A stretch of DNA of 64,000 nt from Eledone cirrhosa (GCA_964016885.1 OZ024741.1:51708001-51772000), one strand, 5' to 3'. Positions 11,681 to 24,204 are shown, counted from the stretch's first letter. Notes: generated from the letters alone by a model not told the origin. Translations and numbers: made by a program.

Positions 11681-12054
11681 CAGTGATACCTCGCAGTATG
11701 AGTTTAATTCGTTCCATGACCGAGCTCATTTCACGATTTACTCATTTTACAAATCAAATTTCGCCATTGAAATTAATTAAAATATAAATAATCCGTTCCA
11801 GCCCTCCAAAACTACCAAAAAATCATTTTTATGGGTTTTAAAACAGAAAAGGTGCAGTTTCAAGGAAAATCACAATTATAAAAACATGATAAAAGAGAAT
11901 GCAAAAGAAATATGTAAACTGGTTTTATTAATTGTATGAAACTCGCTTGTACTGCAGATCTCCACTCGTACTACAAGACAAAATTTCGCACAAGCCTTGG
12001 CTCCTACAGCAAATTACTCGTACAATGGGGCACCCATACTGCGAGGTTCTACTG
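11681..12054. mobile_element. pogo/Tigger-like MITE
   Basis: TA|CAGTGATACCTCGCAGTATG...CATACTGCGAGGTTCTACTG|TA; ends about 36 nt from the exon 5 donor. Confidence 0.85.
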
Positions 12055-12090
12055 TAATAGATTTTCCTTAAAATATAGCTCTGTACTCAC

Positions 12091-12279
12091 CAAGATCTCC
12101 ATTGCCCATTGCAAACCTTGTGAAATCATGTGCCATAAACTGTGAAAAGAACACCATAAATAGGTTGATGTCTGTCTCTGTAATGTTCTCATTGTTATGG
12201 TCAAAGACAGTAGTGCTGACAGCTCTTGGGTTTGGCAGAGGTCTTCCATTCACACCAAACGTACGAGGACTTCCTACAA
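12091..12279 (-). CDS. Heme peroxidase exon 5 (F-VGSPR...LPNPRAVS...SQFMAHDFTR...GDL-G), distal His motif
   Basis: tttctttaactcag|TT GTA...CTT G|gtgagta; 189 nt, phase 1 to 1; LPxPRxVS and QFxxHD motifs. Confidence 0.95.
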
Positions 12280-12429
12280 CTGAGTTAAAGAAATAAAGAA
12301 CGTTTTTGTTGGGTATTTAGATTTTTACAGTTTTAGAAACTTTTTAGGCAGTTAAATGGCAGTGCTGTTAAAGCATTAGAAAAATGATTTGCAGTATTCA
12401 TTCTAGTTCTCTGCAAACTAAACAAATTA

Positions 12430-12932
12430 CCTCATTCTGAGAAATGGTATAAGCATAAACCACAATTGGATGAAGATACTCTGGAATTTCAGGATATGAA
12501 CAGACAAAGAATTAGAACACAATAGGCCTAACCTGGTGGTTTTTGACAAAAGAAAAAAGATCTTGCTTGATTATAGACGTAGCTTGCCCTTTGACTAAAG
12601 AGTGCAAGAAAAGGAGAAGGAGAAAATTAACTGGTACCAGGATTTAAAGTAGAAACTGAAAAAGATTTGGAACTGCCATGAGATCAAGGTCATCCCTATT
12701 GTTATAAGAGCACTAGGTACTATTTTGAAGAGCTTCCAAGACTAGTTAAAGAACATTAGCTCAGCCCCCCTTTTTTGGAACACTTTAGAAGGCATGCCTA
12801 TTGGGAACAGCAAGGACCCTCTGATACGTCCTGAATATCTGAGGCTGCAGGTAGTGGCTTGATGTTCATCAGGGCAAATTTTCCAGTTAAATAACAACAA
12901 TGATAGATATCAAAGTAATAATAATGATAATA
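12430..12932 (+). mobile_element. R4/Dong-like 3' fragment, copy 2, ending in (AAT)n
   Basis: KWYKHKP...EHNRPNLVV...LIIDVACP; DNA homologous to 3100-3500. Confidence 0.82.
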
Positions 12933-13108
12933 ATTGTTTCTACTTTTGGCACAAGGCCAGCAATTACCCAGTGCATTACTGGTACTTTATTTTATCGACC
13001 CCGTAAGGATGAAAGGCAAAGTTAACCTTTGAACTCAGATCGTAAAGGGACGTAACTATGCTGGAAAGCATGTCTGACCCTTTACCAATACTGCCAATTC
13101 ACCGCCCT
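12933..13108 (-). mobile_element. tRNA-SINE family 2 (core TTGCCTTTCATCCTTACGGGGTCGATAAAATAAAGTACCAG)
   Basis: Reverse complement of the full copy at 27940-28124. Confidence 0.85.
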
Positions 13109-13130
13109 TATAATAATAATGATAATAATG

Positions 13131-14720
13131 ATTTCATTTATTGGCCACAAGGTCCGACATGAAAGGGACAATACAAAGACAGGGACAGTGGGGGTTTACA
13201 ATAAGGTCGAGTAAAAGTGCACAATGGCAAGACTAATTTAACAATGAAGATATAAAAAATATAAAATAAACTATGCATAAATATAACAAAATAAATTCCC
13301 CTATAGGGGGTGGACAACCCAGGGGTGACTCAGGTACCCCACTAATCTTGAACCACCCTGCACTTCTAGGGCACCCAGGGAGAGCACCCCTCTCCTCAAA
13401 TTAGCTAGCCTATAGGCGCATGGTCAAAGTAGGCCCATTCACACGGGCCATTCTCGCCACATTCATCCACCTTTTAGCAAATTTACTAGGGTGCAGCACT
13501 TCTCTCTCCACCCTCACCTTCCTTTCCAGGTGAAAATTGAAGAAGTTGATGAGGGATTGGCCGAAGAGAAAAGTGTTTGTCTTTAGTCCTTTCAACCTGG
13601 TCCACTATATAACCTCTTTCGCTACTGCCACCCGACAAAAGAAAATTGCCTGCTCTTCCTGACCAAAGGAAGGCGGCGGGTCGATCTTCACTATGGATTC
13701 GGCCGATAGCCGGATCTGTTCTACGCACAACAACAGCTGTTTGACATAACTCCACAAGTCAGTAATGCACGGATATTGGACGAGTGCGTACAGAGCGGTT
13801 TTGTTGCTCTGTGTGCATCTTGGGCTGGTCTGTCTGACAGCACTTCCGTGCCTGTAGTGTTTATCCCGAACCGGCAGTGCCCCCCTGGTAGCACTACCAA
13901 GCGAGGGATTTCTGGAAGTTATCCAACATCCCCGGCTTGAAAGTCCTCCAGAGCAGACTGGTCAGTTTCACTTCGTCGAGGCCCAGAACCTCTCCGAGTC
14001 GAGTGCATTGTTGCACTTGCCCACCACTAATCCTCTATAGAACTCGAGAGTGGAAGTTCCACTGACTGCATTGCCCACCTGGTAGAGTGCAGTGAGTGCC
14101 TGGCAGCATTCCAGATGCCAGTCACCCAGTCTCGGTCTCTTCTTGACTCAGGACTGCAGCTCAGTCAAAGAGATGAGCTGTGGAAAGGCCGGTCTGACGA
14201 ACGGCGACCAAACCTGTTCACCGTTTAGGCAGAATATCTGGAGATGGCACAGCCTCAGCGCATATCTGTGCATCATTAACCACAGCATGCCCAGCCCTCT
14301 GCATAGAGGGTGCTGGCAGCAGATGGACTGCTTCACCAACAGAACCTATCCTCTCCTCAAGAATTTGAAGAGGAGCCATTCCAACTTGGCGAGGTACGGA
14401 CAAGGCACAACAGTCAGGCGGTAGAAGATGACGGACACATTCACCACCTCCGCCTCACCTTTCAGTGATAGCTTCCTCGCAGCCCATTTCTGGGCGAGAC
14501 TGGCTACCCTATCTGTCACCTCGTCCCAAAAGGAAACAAAGGAAAATTCCCCAATAGGGGGGGAGACTTCCAAGGGTCACAATGAGAAAGCCCATTAAAA
14601 AAGCCACGGTGACCCTGACTACCAGGGCAAGTGCGCTCTCCCAGTTTTCAACCTCCAATCTACAGCCTGCCCTTGTTGACTAAAAGAAGGTGGCGGGACA
14701 ATCGTCACAATGGAGTCGGT
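13131..14720 (-). mobile_element. Tx1/L1-clade LINE 3' portion, decayed
   Basis: W..V..RVASLAQKWAARKLSLKG...IFYRL, PL.RGLGM, KRWMNVARMA; (AAT)n at both ends. Confidence 0.75.
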
Positions 14721-14741
14721 TGATAATAATAATAATAATAA

Positions 14742-15270
14742 TTTTTTGCATTTTACCTTATGGCTTTGTAGCACACCTAGATATTTATAATCTTCGTCTG
14801 TTTCCAGTGAATTGATCCTTTCACCATTTGGTAGATAAATTCCATTGCACACTTCACCAGCTTTCCACACTTCACCTCTATTATTTCACACTTTGAAATA
14901 TTAAACTGTGTCCCAATGTCTTCAGAAATTACTCTGACAGTTTGTACTAAGGTGTCTAGCTTTTCTACATTATGACTGTATAGCTTTAAATCATCCACAA
15001 ACAATAGATGATTGATATTGCTCCTATCTTTCCCTAGATTGTATCAGATTAGCATACTTTTAAGAACACCTGACATTGGTATCATTGCAACAAACGAAAT
15101 TGGTGATAAACTGTCTATTTGGAAGATGTCCTGCTTTATTTTCATTTCATCTACTTTCTCCAGCTGATGTTAATTCTACTTTACATTTAGTCATTGATAT
15201 CTCTATAAGGATCTTGATGTTGTCTTATACCTTAAACATACCCTAACAGTGAAGAATCCAAGAATGAAGC
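14742..15270 (-). mobile_element. R4/Dong-like reverse transcriptase fragment
   Basis: INHLLFVDDLKLYS...SEDIGTQFNISKC...YKYLGVLQ (RT motifs 5-7). Confidence 0.8.
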
Positions 15271-15429
15271 ACCTTTTCCTCTCCAGGCCTGAATATAGCA
15301 GATTTATTTGAGAGAAGGATAGAGAGTGAACGAATAGAAGTGAGAAAGAGATATAGAGGAAGAATCGACCCTAGACTGGTACTTTTGGGGAAGAATGTGT
15401 ATGTAGAAGATGCACAGGAGAAATTGACA

Positions 15430-16075
15430 TGAAGGATCCATAGAAATGGTTGATAGCTTCTGCTATCTAGGTGACCTAATTAGCAGTAGCGGAGGCTGCT
15501 CCAAGAACATACTAGCTAGAATAAGGGTTGGATGGAAGAAGTTTAGAGAGCTACTCCCACTGTTGACTACAAAAGGTTTCTCCCTACATATGAAAGGACG
15601 ACTGTATGATGCCTGCGTGCAAAGTGTGAAGCTGCATGATAGTGAAACATGGGCTGTGATTGCAGAGGACATGTGTAGACTGGAGAGAATTGAAGCAACC
15701 ATGCTTCATTGGTTGTGCAATGTAAATGTGAGAGAAAGGTAGAGCTTGGATAAGCTGAGGGAGAAAATGGGTTTAAGAGGAATCCAATGTGGTGTGCAGG
15801 AGAGAAAACTGCATTGGTATGGACATGTGATGCGCATGGAGGATGACCACTGGGTGAAGAAGTACCGGTAAATCCCAGTCGATGTAAGCCGCAGTAGAGA
15901 TAAACCAAGAAAGACATGGGAAGAAGTGGTGAGAGCTGACCTCAAATTACTGAGACTCACTGAGGAGATGATGAAGAAACACAATGAGTGGAGAGATGCT
16001 GAGCTAAAAAGAACCCATCCAATCCATGCAAGCATGGAAAAATGGATGTAAAAACGATGATGATGATGATGATGA
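15430..16075 (+). mobile_element. RTE-clade LINE 3' fragment with (GAT)n tail
   Basis: VDSFCYLGD...ARIRVGWKKFRELLPLL...LHWYGHVMR. Confidence 0.9.
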
Positions 16076-16402
16076 TATATATATATTTACATACATACCT
16101 GCACTTTACAGAGTGTAATATGCATTTATGGTAGCAGCACTAGTAAGGATGTTATGTCTTAAACACAACTGAAGAACCAAACAAAAGGTAGAGAAAACTC
16201 TTCTGTTGTGTCAAAGACATGATAACCTCCCTCCCTAGTACTGGTGTCACAATAAATGTATAGGGGGAAGAGGAGGAGTATGGTTGATTATATAGACCCT
16301 CAGTACATCATTGATACTTATATGAACCACGGTAGGAGGAAATGTTAAGTCAGTACCTGGTAGAATTGGAACACAGAATCTAAAAAGAATAATAGTACTC
16401 AC

Positions 16403-16563
16403 AGTCATCATAGGCATTGGGAGTGTATCGTATGAAAGGAATATGTGCACGACCATACAGTGGAAACTTGTTATTGTTGCACGCACCAGTAATTGTTCGG
16501 TATTGGTATTTTGGGTCACAGCTTATATTCTGGTAAGAGCATACATGGTCATGACATGTTTCA
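16403..16563 (-). CDS. Heme peroxidase exon 4 (ETCHDHVC...CDPKYQYRTITGACNN...YGRAHIPFIRYTPNAYDD)
   Basis: ttttcag|T GAA...GAC T|gtgagta; 161 nt. Contains the conserved YRTxxGxCNN...GxA..PfxR....AYxD motif of the peroxidase-cyclooxygenase superfamily. Confidence 0.95.
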
Positions 16564-16596
16564 CTGAAAATATAGGAATATATAAATGTATTTATG

Positions 16597-17155
16597 AATG
16601 GCAAAGCATAAACGAACTGAGAGAGAGGCTAGGCACAAGAGGAATAAAATGCTATGTGCAAGAGAGAAGATTACGTTGGTATGGACATGTGATGTGCATG
16701 AAGGATGACAGCTACATAAAAAGGTGCAGAGTGCTCAAAGTCGATAGAAGCCTTGGAGGAAGACTTGGGATGAGGTGATAAAAGCTGACCTAGCCCAATT
16801 GCACCTCTCAAAGAAGATGACACATTACTGAGATCTCTGGCATTATGCAGTAATACAGAAGACCTGACTTCCCATGGTCACAAGCCAAATCACATATACA
16901 GTATGCCCCACCCCACCTTTCTATAGACCCCCGTATACATCTAGTGAAGCCCCCAACCCACACTGTAAACTGGTTGTGATGGTGTCACGACAAAAAGCAC
17001 CCAGTAGTCACTGTAAATGAGATTGGTATTAGGAAGGGCATCCACCTGTAGAAACCAAGCCCAAATCAGTTCTGTATGAACAAGACATGGTCACCTAACC
17101 TAGCAATGCCCACAACAGGACAACATGTCTAACCCATGCTAGTGAGGAGAAAGGG
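16597..17155 (+). mobile_element. RTE 3' fragment (second subfamily) followed by SINE-like 3' body
   Basis: INELRERLG.RGIKC.VQERRLRWYGHV, then CACACTGTAAA...AAAAGCACCCAG...AGGAAGGGCATCCA; homologous to 22125-22680. Confidence 0.8.
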
Positions 17156-17174
17156 ATATATGTATATATATGCA

Positions 17175-17815
17175 GGTAGGTTCTATAGAAGTGGTTGATA
17201 GCTTCTGGTATCTGGGTGACCAGATTAGCATGGGAGGGTGGGTGGGTGTTCCGAGGACATACTATCTAGAATAAGGACGGGTTGGAAGAAATTTAGGGAG
17301 CTGCTTCCACTGTTGACAAAGAAGGGTTTCTCCCTGCATACGAAAGGCCAGTTATATGATGCCTGTGTGAGATGTGCGATGCTGCATGGTAGTGAGACAT
17401 GGGCAGAAACTGCAGAGAATATGCGACGGCTGGAGAGAAATGAAGCAAGCATGCTCTGTTGGATGTGCAATGTCAATGTGCATCAGCGACCAAGCATGGA
17501 TGAGTTGAGAGAGAAACTGTGTATTAGAGGGATAAGTTGTAGTGTGCAGGAGAGAAGACTGCGATGGTATCGACATGTGATACGCATGGAGGATGACCGC
17601 TGGGTAAAGAAGTGCCAAGAAATCCCAGTAGAAGGAAGACGCAGTAGAGGAAGACCACGAAAAACATGGGTGGAGGTGAGAGCAGACCTCAGATCGTGGA
17701 GTTTCACGGAAGAGATAACGAAGGACCGTGACAAGTGGAGAGATGCTGTGCTGAATAAGACCTGTCCCACCCTTGCAAGCAGGGAAAAGTGGATGTAAAA
17801 TGATGATGATGGTGA
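17175..17815 (+). mobile_element. RTE-clade LINE 3' fragment, relatively intact
   Basis: ORF 17238-17798 (WKKFRELLPLL...RRLRWY.HV.RM...GRPRKTW); (GAT)n tail. Confidence 0.92.
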
Positions 17816-17851
17816 TATAAATACACACACAGATATATATATATATGTATG

Positions 17852-17887
<36 letters not shown>

Positions 17888-17889
17888 AA

Positions 17890-19063
17890 TCTATGATCAC
17901 AACACTAAAAATGAAAGCCGGTAAGTATGTATTAGTCAGTCTTTTCTTCATACCGTGAGCAAAGAAAATCCAACTTTTAGTGGAGCGAGTGAAATAAAGT
18001 CGATCCTGCTGCGATTCAAAAATTAGGTTTTCAGGTTATATATTTCACACAACACTAACAATTAAAGCCGGTAAAGAAAAACATCGATCCCCTTATAATA
18101 TCTGTCTGTATGTCTCACTGTCTGCTGCCTCCGGTTATTCTGCCACCCTTGCTCAAGACAAATCTTACGAGAAGATAGGTTCATTATTGCCCTTTCTTAA
18201 ACCAATCTGGTTGCAATTCGTATGGGCTACTAACGGAAATGCGCTTTTTCTACGGTTTAAGGTGAACCCTTCAGCTAAGAACCTTCCCCTTGACAATTGG
18301 TGTGGCAATGTAAGGTCGTTAAGCGGATCATTGTTCGTTGGGTGCTCTAGAGTTGGCAGCTGGGAGAGTCTTCTTGCATTTGCACAATGACAAGGTAGGT
18401 TCATTATCAACATTTCTTAAGGCGATCTGGTTGCCATTCATACGGCTTATTACCTGAAATACGTTTTCCCTCGGTTTCAGGTGACTACCTTCAGAGATGG
18501 ACCTTCCGCTTCGCATTCGGCGCGTCAATGTATGGCTGTTAAACGGACCACGAACGCATTCTGATTCATTCTAAAGGCTACCAGTGGAAGTAACCATAAC
18601 ACCCTCCTTCAAATGTCAGAGAACACAGCCAACGTCACTATTAAGGGCTACAAGTGAACGCTCACATGGCCCTTTTTAGGGCCACCACTTAAAATTGTTG
18701 ATGGTTACCCCTCCTTACTGGGGTGTCAGTGAACAGTTTACACGGCCCTTTTAAGTGCCCTTGAAATAGCTGATGGCGACCCTTTTGTTTAGGGCTACCA
18801 GTGAACAGCCGATTTTCCCGAAATTTCAAGGCATATTAGCACATAAAAAAATTCATTTTCTGGATGCCCTAGGGCCTGCATTAGGTGAAAACCTGCATTT
18901 TTCCTGCTTCATCGAGGAAAATCTTAAAGATTATCCAGCCATCAGAATATTTGGTTTATTTTCTTTACATATTGCCGAGGCATGCAGTTTTTCCACGATT
19001 AGGTCTGTTGGCGGCTCGCGTTCCAAAATACCTTATCCTGTGCAACACCGGGTACCACTGCTA

Positions 19064-19064
<1 letters not shown>
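17890..19064 (+). mobile_element. Non-autonomous Helitron-like element
   Basis: A|TCTATG... start; subterminal hairpin CCTGTGCAACACCGGG then CTAG|T end; no TSD. Confidence 0.7.
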
Positions 19065-19095
<31 letters not shown>

Positions 19096-20067
19096 TTGTA
19101 TATGTGTGTACCTTCTAACTAATATACAAATAGAATTAGGCAGTAGATTTTGTGTGTACCAAGTGCTAAAATCATAAGAGATTTTTAATTTCACTATGTT
19201 CTTAGACATGTTTTCTAATATGACAGTTTTTTGAAAATTTATAAGATCTTTTAAATGGCAAGAGTCACTGCTGGTCAACTAGAAAAGAAAAAGGTTTGAT
19301 GCAGGGGTAATAACTGCCTATTTTTGTTTTTACTCTTTAGGTTCATTTCTACAAGAAAAGTACAAGCAAATTCACCATGTTCATGCAAAAAGTAAGGAAT
19401 TACTGTATATAAAGTAGCTGAACCAAACAGTAGATTGAAAACGTTCTATTAGTTTAGCTGAAGTAGCTTGAAACAGATACTACAAACCCATTTCAACCTT
19501 CCTTAGAAATATGGTAATAAAAGGGTTAAAAATTGTATGGAGGTTGCCAACAGATCAAGCTTACTTACTGTGATGTAGATACATTTCTGTAGAAAACCCG
19601 ACTTTACCCCTATCCTACCCTGTTTAATGAGGGTAGAAACTCTGAGTAAGATAGACACTATAAGTTCTAATTTTTTTTCTGTACTATATTTAAAGTGTAA
19701 GTTTTATTTTCTGAAGTTCACAGTTGTATAAATAACATTACAAATTGTTTATAGTTCATACAGAATGAAAATCCAAACAAAGATATAAACACATATAATA
19801 AATACGATTAATTATTGCTAGGAACCTCACAAATGTTATGCACAAAATATATGGTGAAAGTGAGGGAAAAAGAAAAGGAAAGAAGAAAAAACAAACAAAC
19901 AAACAAACAAACAAAAACAACCATCCATTCTCCACTAAGTGTGACAATTGGTCACACACCACAATCGTCAATGGGAAATTTTGAGTCAAGCCAACACACC
20001 CGCAGCAATACCACAGGTGATGGTGAGGTTAAGGTACTAGAATAATGTAAAACCTTTGACTACTTAC

Positions 20068-20128
20068 TATTGATCATATGATGCTCTCTTATTCGAAGGT
20101 AAATTATGAAGTTGTTTCTTGAGAATAT
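20068..20128 (-). CDS. Heme peroxidase exon 3 (D-ILKKQLHNLPSNKRASYDQ-Y)
   Basis: ttgtttgttctgtag|AT ATT...CAA TA|gtaagta; 61 nt, phase 1 to 2, compatible with both neighbours. Confidence 0.8.
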
Positions 20129-20395
20129 CTACAGAACAAACAATGAGAAACACAACCATCATTAACATAACCATCATAATCATCATCCAGTTCTGAGATG
20201 AAAATATACTAGAGCCTATATATATTTTGTGTAATGAAGATTTGCTTGAGATACTCATTTGCATATAGCAAATAGAAAGCATTAACTGGGAATACTCATT
20301 TGCATATAGTGGAACTTAGCTGGTTATATTTAATTGGCATTAGCATTAAGATTTTTTGTTCTGTGATAGCAAGTCTCTTGTCTGTTTATTGTGTA

Positions 20396-21523
20396 CTAGC
20401 AGTGTATTCCGGCATTGCACGGGTAAGAATATTGGTAATAGCACCTCCAAGGAGAAACGTTTATTTGCGAGTGCCTGTTAAAAACTCACGAAAATATACC
20501 GACAGGAAACTTGTTTCATTTGGAGAAAATTAAGAAGTTGAAAGTACAGTTTTGTTGTCTATGTGCATTGTTCATAGAAATATTGTTGAGCCCCTTCTTT
20601 TCATACTCCTCTATTTTGGCCTTTTGGAGTAAATGTGAAAGAGAAAGTCACAGGTTAAGTTGGCAGAAGGTTCCAGTGCAATAGCAGTAAGGCGTAGGCT
20701 ACTTACCTCAAAAGTTCATTCGCACTCTTTCCACTAAGTTACCCTTTCTCTCTATCCCTCTCGGTGCAGTCCCTTGCAAATTTCTCACATAGGGCTGGTG
20801 TAGATTTGCACCCAATCCATCTGCCCGATGCACACGTCCACTTTGTACGGCTTTTGGAGGAAGGAGTGACCAGCAGTACGTTGTTCGGTATTATTATGAA
20901 AAGGTGTAGCAGAGAATCCCACGTGAACTAACAGCTCGGGAGCAAACTGCTTACCTCGAAGATTCATTTGCCATCGTTCTTGTCAATGCTCCGTTTAGTT
21001 GGTGTTTGTTGGTCTACAGTTAGATGAATGGCGCACAAAGGGTTAATGTTTATTGGCAAGAAGTGCAACTGGGCTGGCTTGCCTCGCTTATATTATATAT
21101 TAAAATAACAGATTAAAGTTTAAGCAAAGAATCGCTGCTTTCACCTTTAACGGGATCTTCTGAAACTAAAAAAATCAATCTGTGAACGTAGAAGTAAATA
21201 TTTCGAAAAACGTTGCAACTGAAGGAAAACAGGAAGACGATACTTTGGTTTGTGAAGACGTTCCCTGGCAATGAACGGAAAATAGCGAACATAATACGTC
21301 ATCATTGTTTGTCAGAATGTTGTAATGCAGACAGCTAGGCACACAGACAGATATTATAAGGGCGCGACGGAGATGGATAACTGGTGCCTAACACCCCTTT
21401 AACAACACAAAATTGAAAAATAAAAGCTGCAGTTAATATCTTTAGACCGCAAGGAATATATAAATGCAAGTTTGAAGTCAATCGGAGTAGAAATGTGGAT
21501 TTGTATAGACTTTGAAAAACTGA

Positions 21524-21557
<34 letters not shown>

Positions 21558-21593
21558 AGACAAGACAACTACAGTTTTATATATATGTATAGA
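20396..21593 (-). mobile_element. Non-autonomous Helitron-like element (possibly composite)
   Basis: Minus strand starts A|TCTATACATATATATAAAACTG followed by (TG)n and ends CCCGTGCAATGCCGGAATACACTGCTAG|T; shares CCCTTATAATATCTGTCTGT with 18090. Confidence 0.72.
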
Positions 21594-21734
21594 TAAACAT
21601 GTGTGCTTCACAGATCTGTCATGTCTCTGAATGTGACAACTTCTCAAACTTTTGGCAGCATGGAAAGTGGACATAAAATTATGATGATGGTAATGATCAT
21701 GATGATGGTATACATACAAAAAATATACATATAC

Positions 21735-22005
21735 ACAGAGACTGAGGTGGTATGGACATGTGATGCGCATGGAGGATGACCGATGGGTGAAGAAGTGCCA
21801 GGAAATGCCAGTTGAAGGAAGACGTGGTAGAGGTAGACCACGAAAAACATGGGCGGAGGTGGTGAGAACAGACCTCAGATCATTGAAGCTCATGGTGGAG
21901 ATGACGAAGGACTGTGACGAGTGGAGAGATGCTGTGCTGAATAAGACCCGTCCCACCCTTGCAAGCAGGGAAAGGCGGACGTAAAATGATGATGATGATG
22001 ATGAT
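21735..22005 (+). mobile_element. RTE 3' end
   Basis: LRWYGHVMRMEDDRWVKKC...GRPRKTW; same tail as 17760-17810. Confidence 0.88.
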
Positions 22006-22026
22006 GACATATATCTATCTATCCAC

Positions 22027-22094
<68 letters not shown>

Positions 22095-22095
22095 G

Positions 22096-22124
<29 letters not shown>

Positions 22125-22126
<2 letters not shown>

Positions 22127-22685
22127 GGATGTGTAATAGTAATATACGAGAACGTCGAAGCATAAATGAACTGAGAGAGAAACTAGGAATAAGAGGAATC
22201 AAATGCTGTGTGCAGGAGAGGAGACTGCATTGGTATGGACATGTGTTGCATATGAAGGATGACATCTGCATAAAAAAATGCAGAGTGCACAAAGTCGTTG
22301 AAAGCTTTGGAGTGGGGAGACCCAGGAAGACCTGGGATGAGGTGATAAAAGCTGACCTTCCCCAATTGCACCTCTCAAAGGAGATGACACTTGACTGGTA
22401 TCTCTGGCGATACTCAGTATTACAGAAGACCTGACTTCCCGTGAGCACAAACTGAAGAATATGTACAGTATACCCCAACCCCCAGCCGACACTGTAAAGT
22501 AGATGTGTTAGAGACACAACAAAAAGCACCCAGCCCACACTGTCAATGATGTGGTTGGCGTTAGGAAGGGCATCCAGCCATAGAAAACCAGCCAGAAACA
22601 CCCGACCCAACTTGCCTCTAAATGGGACCTGTCTAACCCATATTGGTGTGGAAGATAGATGTTAATCAATGATGATGATGATGAT
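22125..22685 (+). mobile_element. RTE 3' fragment (second subfamily) with SINE-like tail
   Basis: WMCN...INELREKLGIRGIKCCVQERRLHWYGHV...GRPRKTWDEV; (GAT)n end. Confidence 0.85.
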
Positions 22686-23484
22686 ATATATATATATATG
22701 TGTGTGTGTATGTGCATGTGTGTGCGTGTGTGTGTATGCGTGTGTGTGAGTAGAAAATATTTGTAGGTGTGAAAAAGGAAAAAGGAAAACTGCTCAATCG
22801 AGAAGAGAGCTGATATATTATATCATTTATTTATGTTCATACATGGAACAAAAGTGCTACATAAGGTTTCAAGACCCAATATTGACCATACCTCTAGATT
22901 GTAAGAGGGGTCAAAATTGTGATCTAATCTTAAACGAGTTTTTAAGTATAGCACACTAAAATGCTACTTAACAAAAAACATATTATAACACTAAGATGTA
23001 AATTTTCACATTGGTGTAAGGTCTGGATTTTTCAAGTATCTTCCAAGTAATTTTATGTGGGACTCCTTTGTTTTTTAATTGCCAGACTTTTTTTTCAGGG
23101 CAGAACTGGTTCTCAGATCAGGATTCCTGAAGATGTGAGTAAAAACGTTGTTTAAAACGATTTTGCACCATACCAATGTATCTTTCACTAACTTCAGAAT
23201 TTTCTGTGGTGTTGTGTGTAATCTTTGTCTCATACACAATGGATTTGATATTACATCTCTAATGGGGAGGGCAGTTCTCTTTAATCCTACAAGAGTAGCT
23301 TGTCAGAGATTACATACAACACCACAGAGAATGTAGTCATAAGGGTGTCATGGTGATATACAGCTTGTTTTGAGCATTTAAACCTAGCAGAGCCCACCAT
23401 TTTCCAGGTCTGAATACAACTGATTTCTTTCAGAGAAAGAGAGAAAAAGTGAGAGAGAGAAAGTGAGAAAGAGATATAGAGCAA

Positions 23485-23620
23485 TAATCGATCCTAGTAT
23501 TAGGCTGGTACTTTATTTATCGACCCTGAAAGGATAAAAGGCAAAGTTGACTTCAGAAGGATTTGAACTCAGAGCATAGAGAGCCAGAACAGATACTGTC
23601 AAGCATTCTATCCAACATTA
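23485..23620 (-). mobile_element. tRNA-SINE (family 2-related), decayed
   Basis: CTGGTACTTTATTTATCGACCCTGAAAGGATAAAAGGCAAAGTTGAC...GGATTTGAACTC core and B box. Confidence 0.7.
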
Positions 23621-23878
23621 ACCACCTGTTAACAACATTATGAAACCTCAACTGGCTCTCCTCTCTTCATTTTGCCAGGTGGTGTATTAAATTAGACATG
23701 GACAGGGCCAATCCTAATCAAAATCTATCAAAGTCAAAATTATCCAAACCCCCCACCTACATGCATATCGAATTATGTTCATTCACATATTTGTATGTGC
23801 TCGTGAATAAATATATAATGATATAAAGAAAGATCAGAATAAAATGCTGTGTTTATTTAGTATAGAGTTAATACTCAC

Positions 23879-23922
23879 CTGCAGAGACCTGTATTAGCAG
23901 TACACCATAAACCAATTGAATG
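23879..23922 (-). CDS. Heme peroxidase exon 2 (signal peptide, IQLVYGVLLIQVSA)
   Basis: cttcctttctag|C ATT CAA...TCT GCA G|gtgagta; 44 nt, phase 2 to 1; hydrophobic core ending VSA, typical of a signal peptide cleavage site. Confidence 0.8.
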
Positions 23923-23993
23923 CTAGAAAGGAAGTTGTTAAAATAGTAATATGTAATAGTTAAGTGTTAACATTGATAATGTCATCAGTGTTA

Positions 23994-24161
23994 CCATATT
24001 TCCAGGCGTTGAAGACGCTACTTTTTTCCTAAAACAAGTCTAAAGTATCTACCAGGTGTCCTGGAGGCCAAAGGTTGGTTATTATTTTTTTTTCAAATTT
24101 TTGTTGTCAAAATTAGGGTACGTCCTCGAGGACAAAGCGTCTTCGGCACAGGGAAATATGG
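23994..24161. mobile_element. pogo/Tc2-like MITE
   Basis: TA|CCATATTTCC...GAAGACGC ... GCGTCTTC...GGAAATATGG|TA. Confidence 0.75.
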
Positions 24162-24204
24162 TAATTAGTCTAATTAGAAACAATTAAATGCTGAGAGAAT
24201 GACA

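Noticed and set aside
18165-18528. Helitron helicase fragment (LRN motif)
   Set aside because: The following GLCNGTRL motif is absent and the segment is internally duplicated, so it is treated as unidentified cargo.
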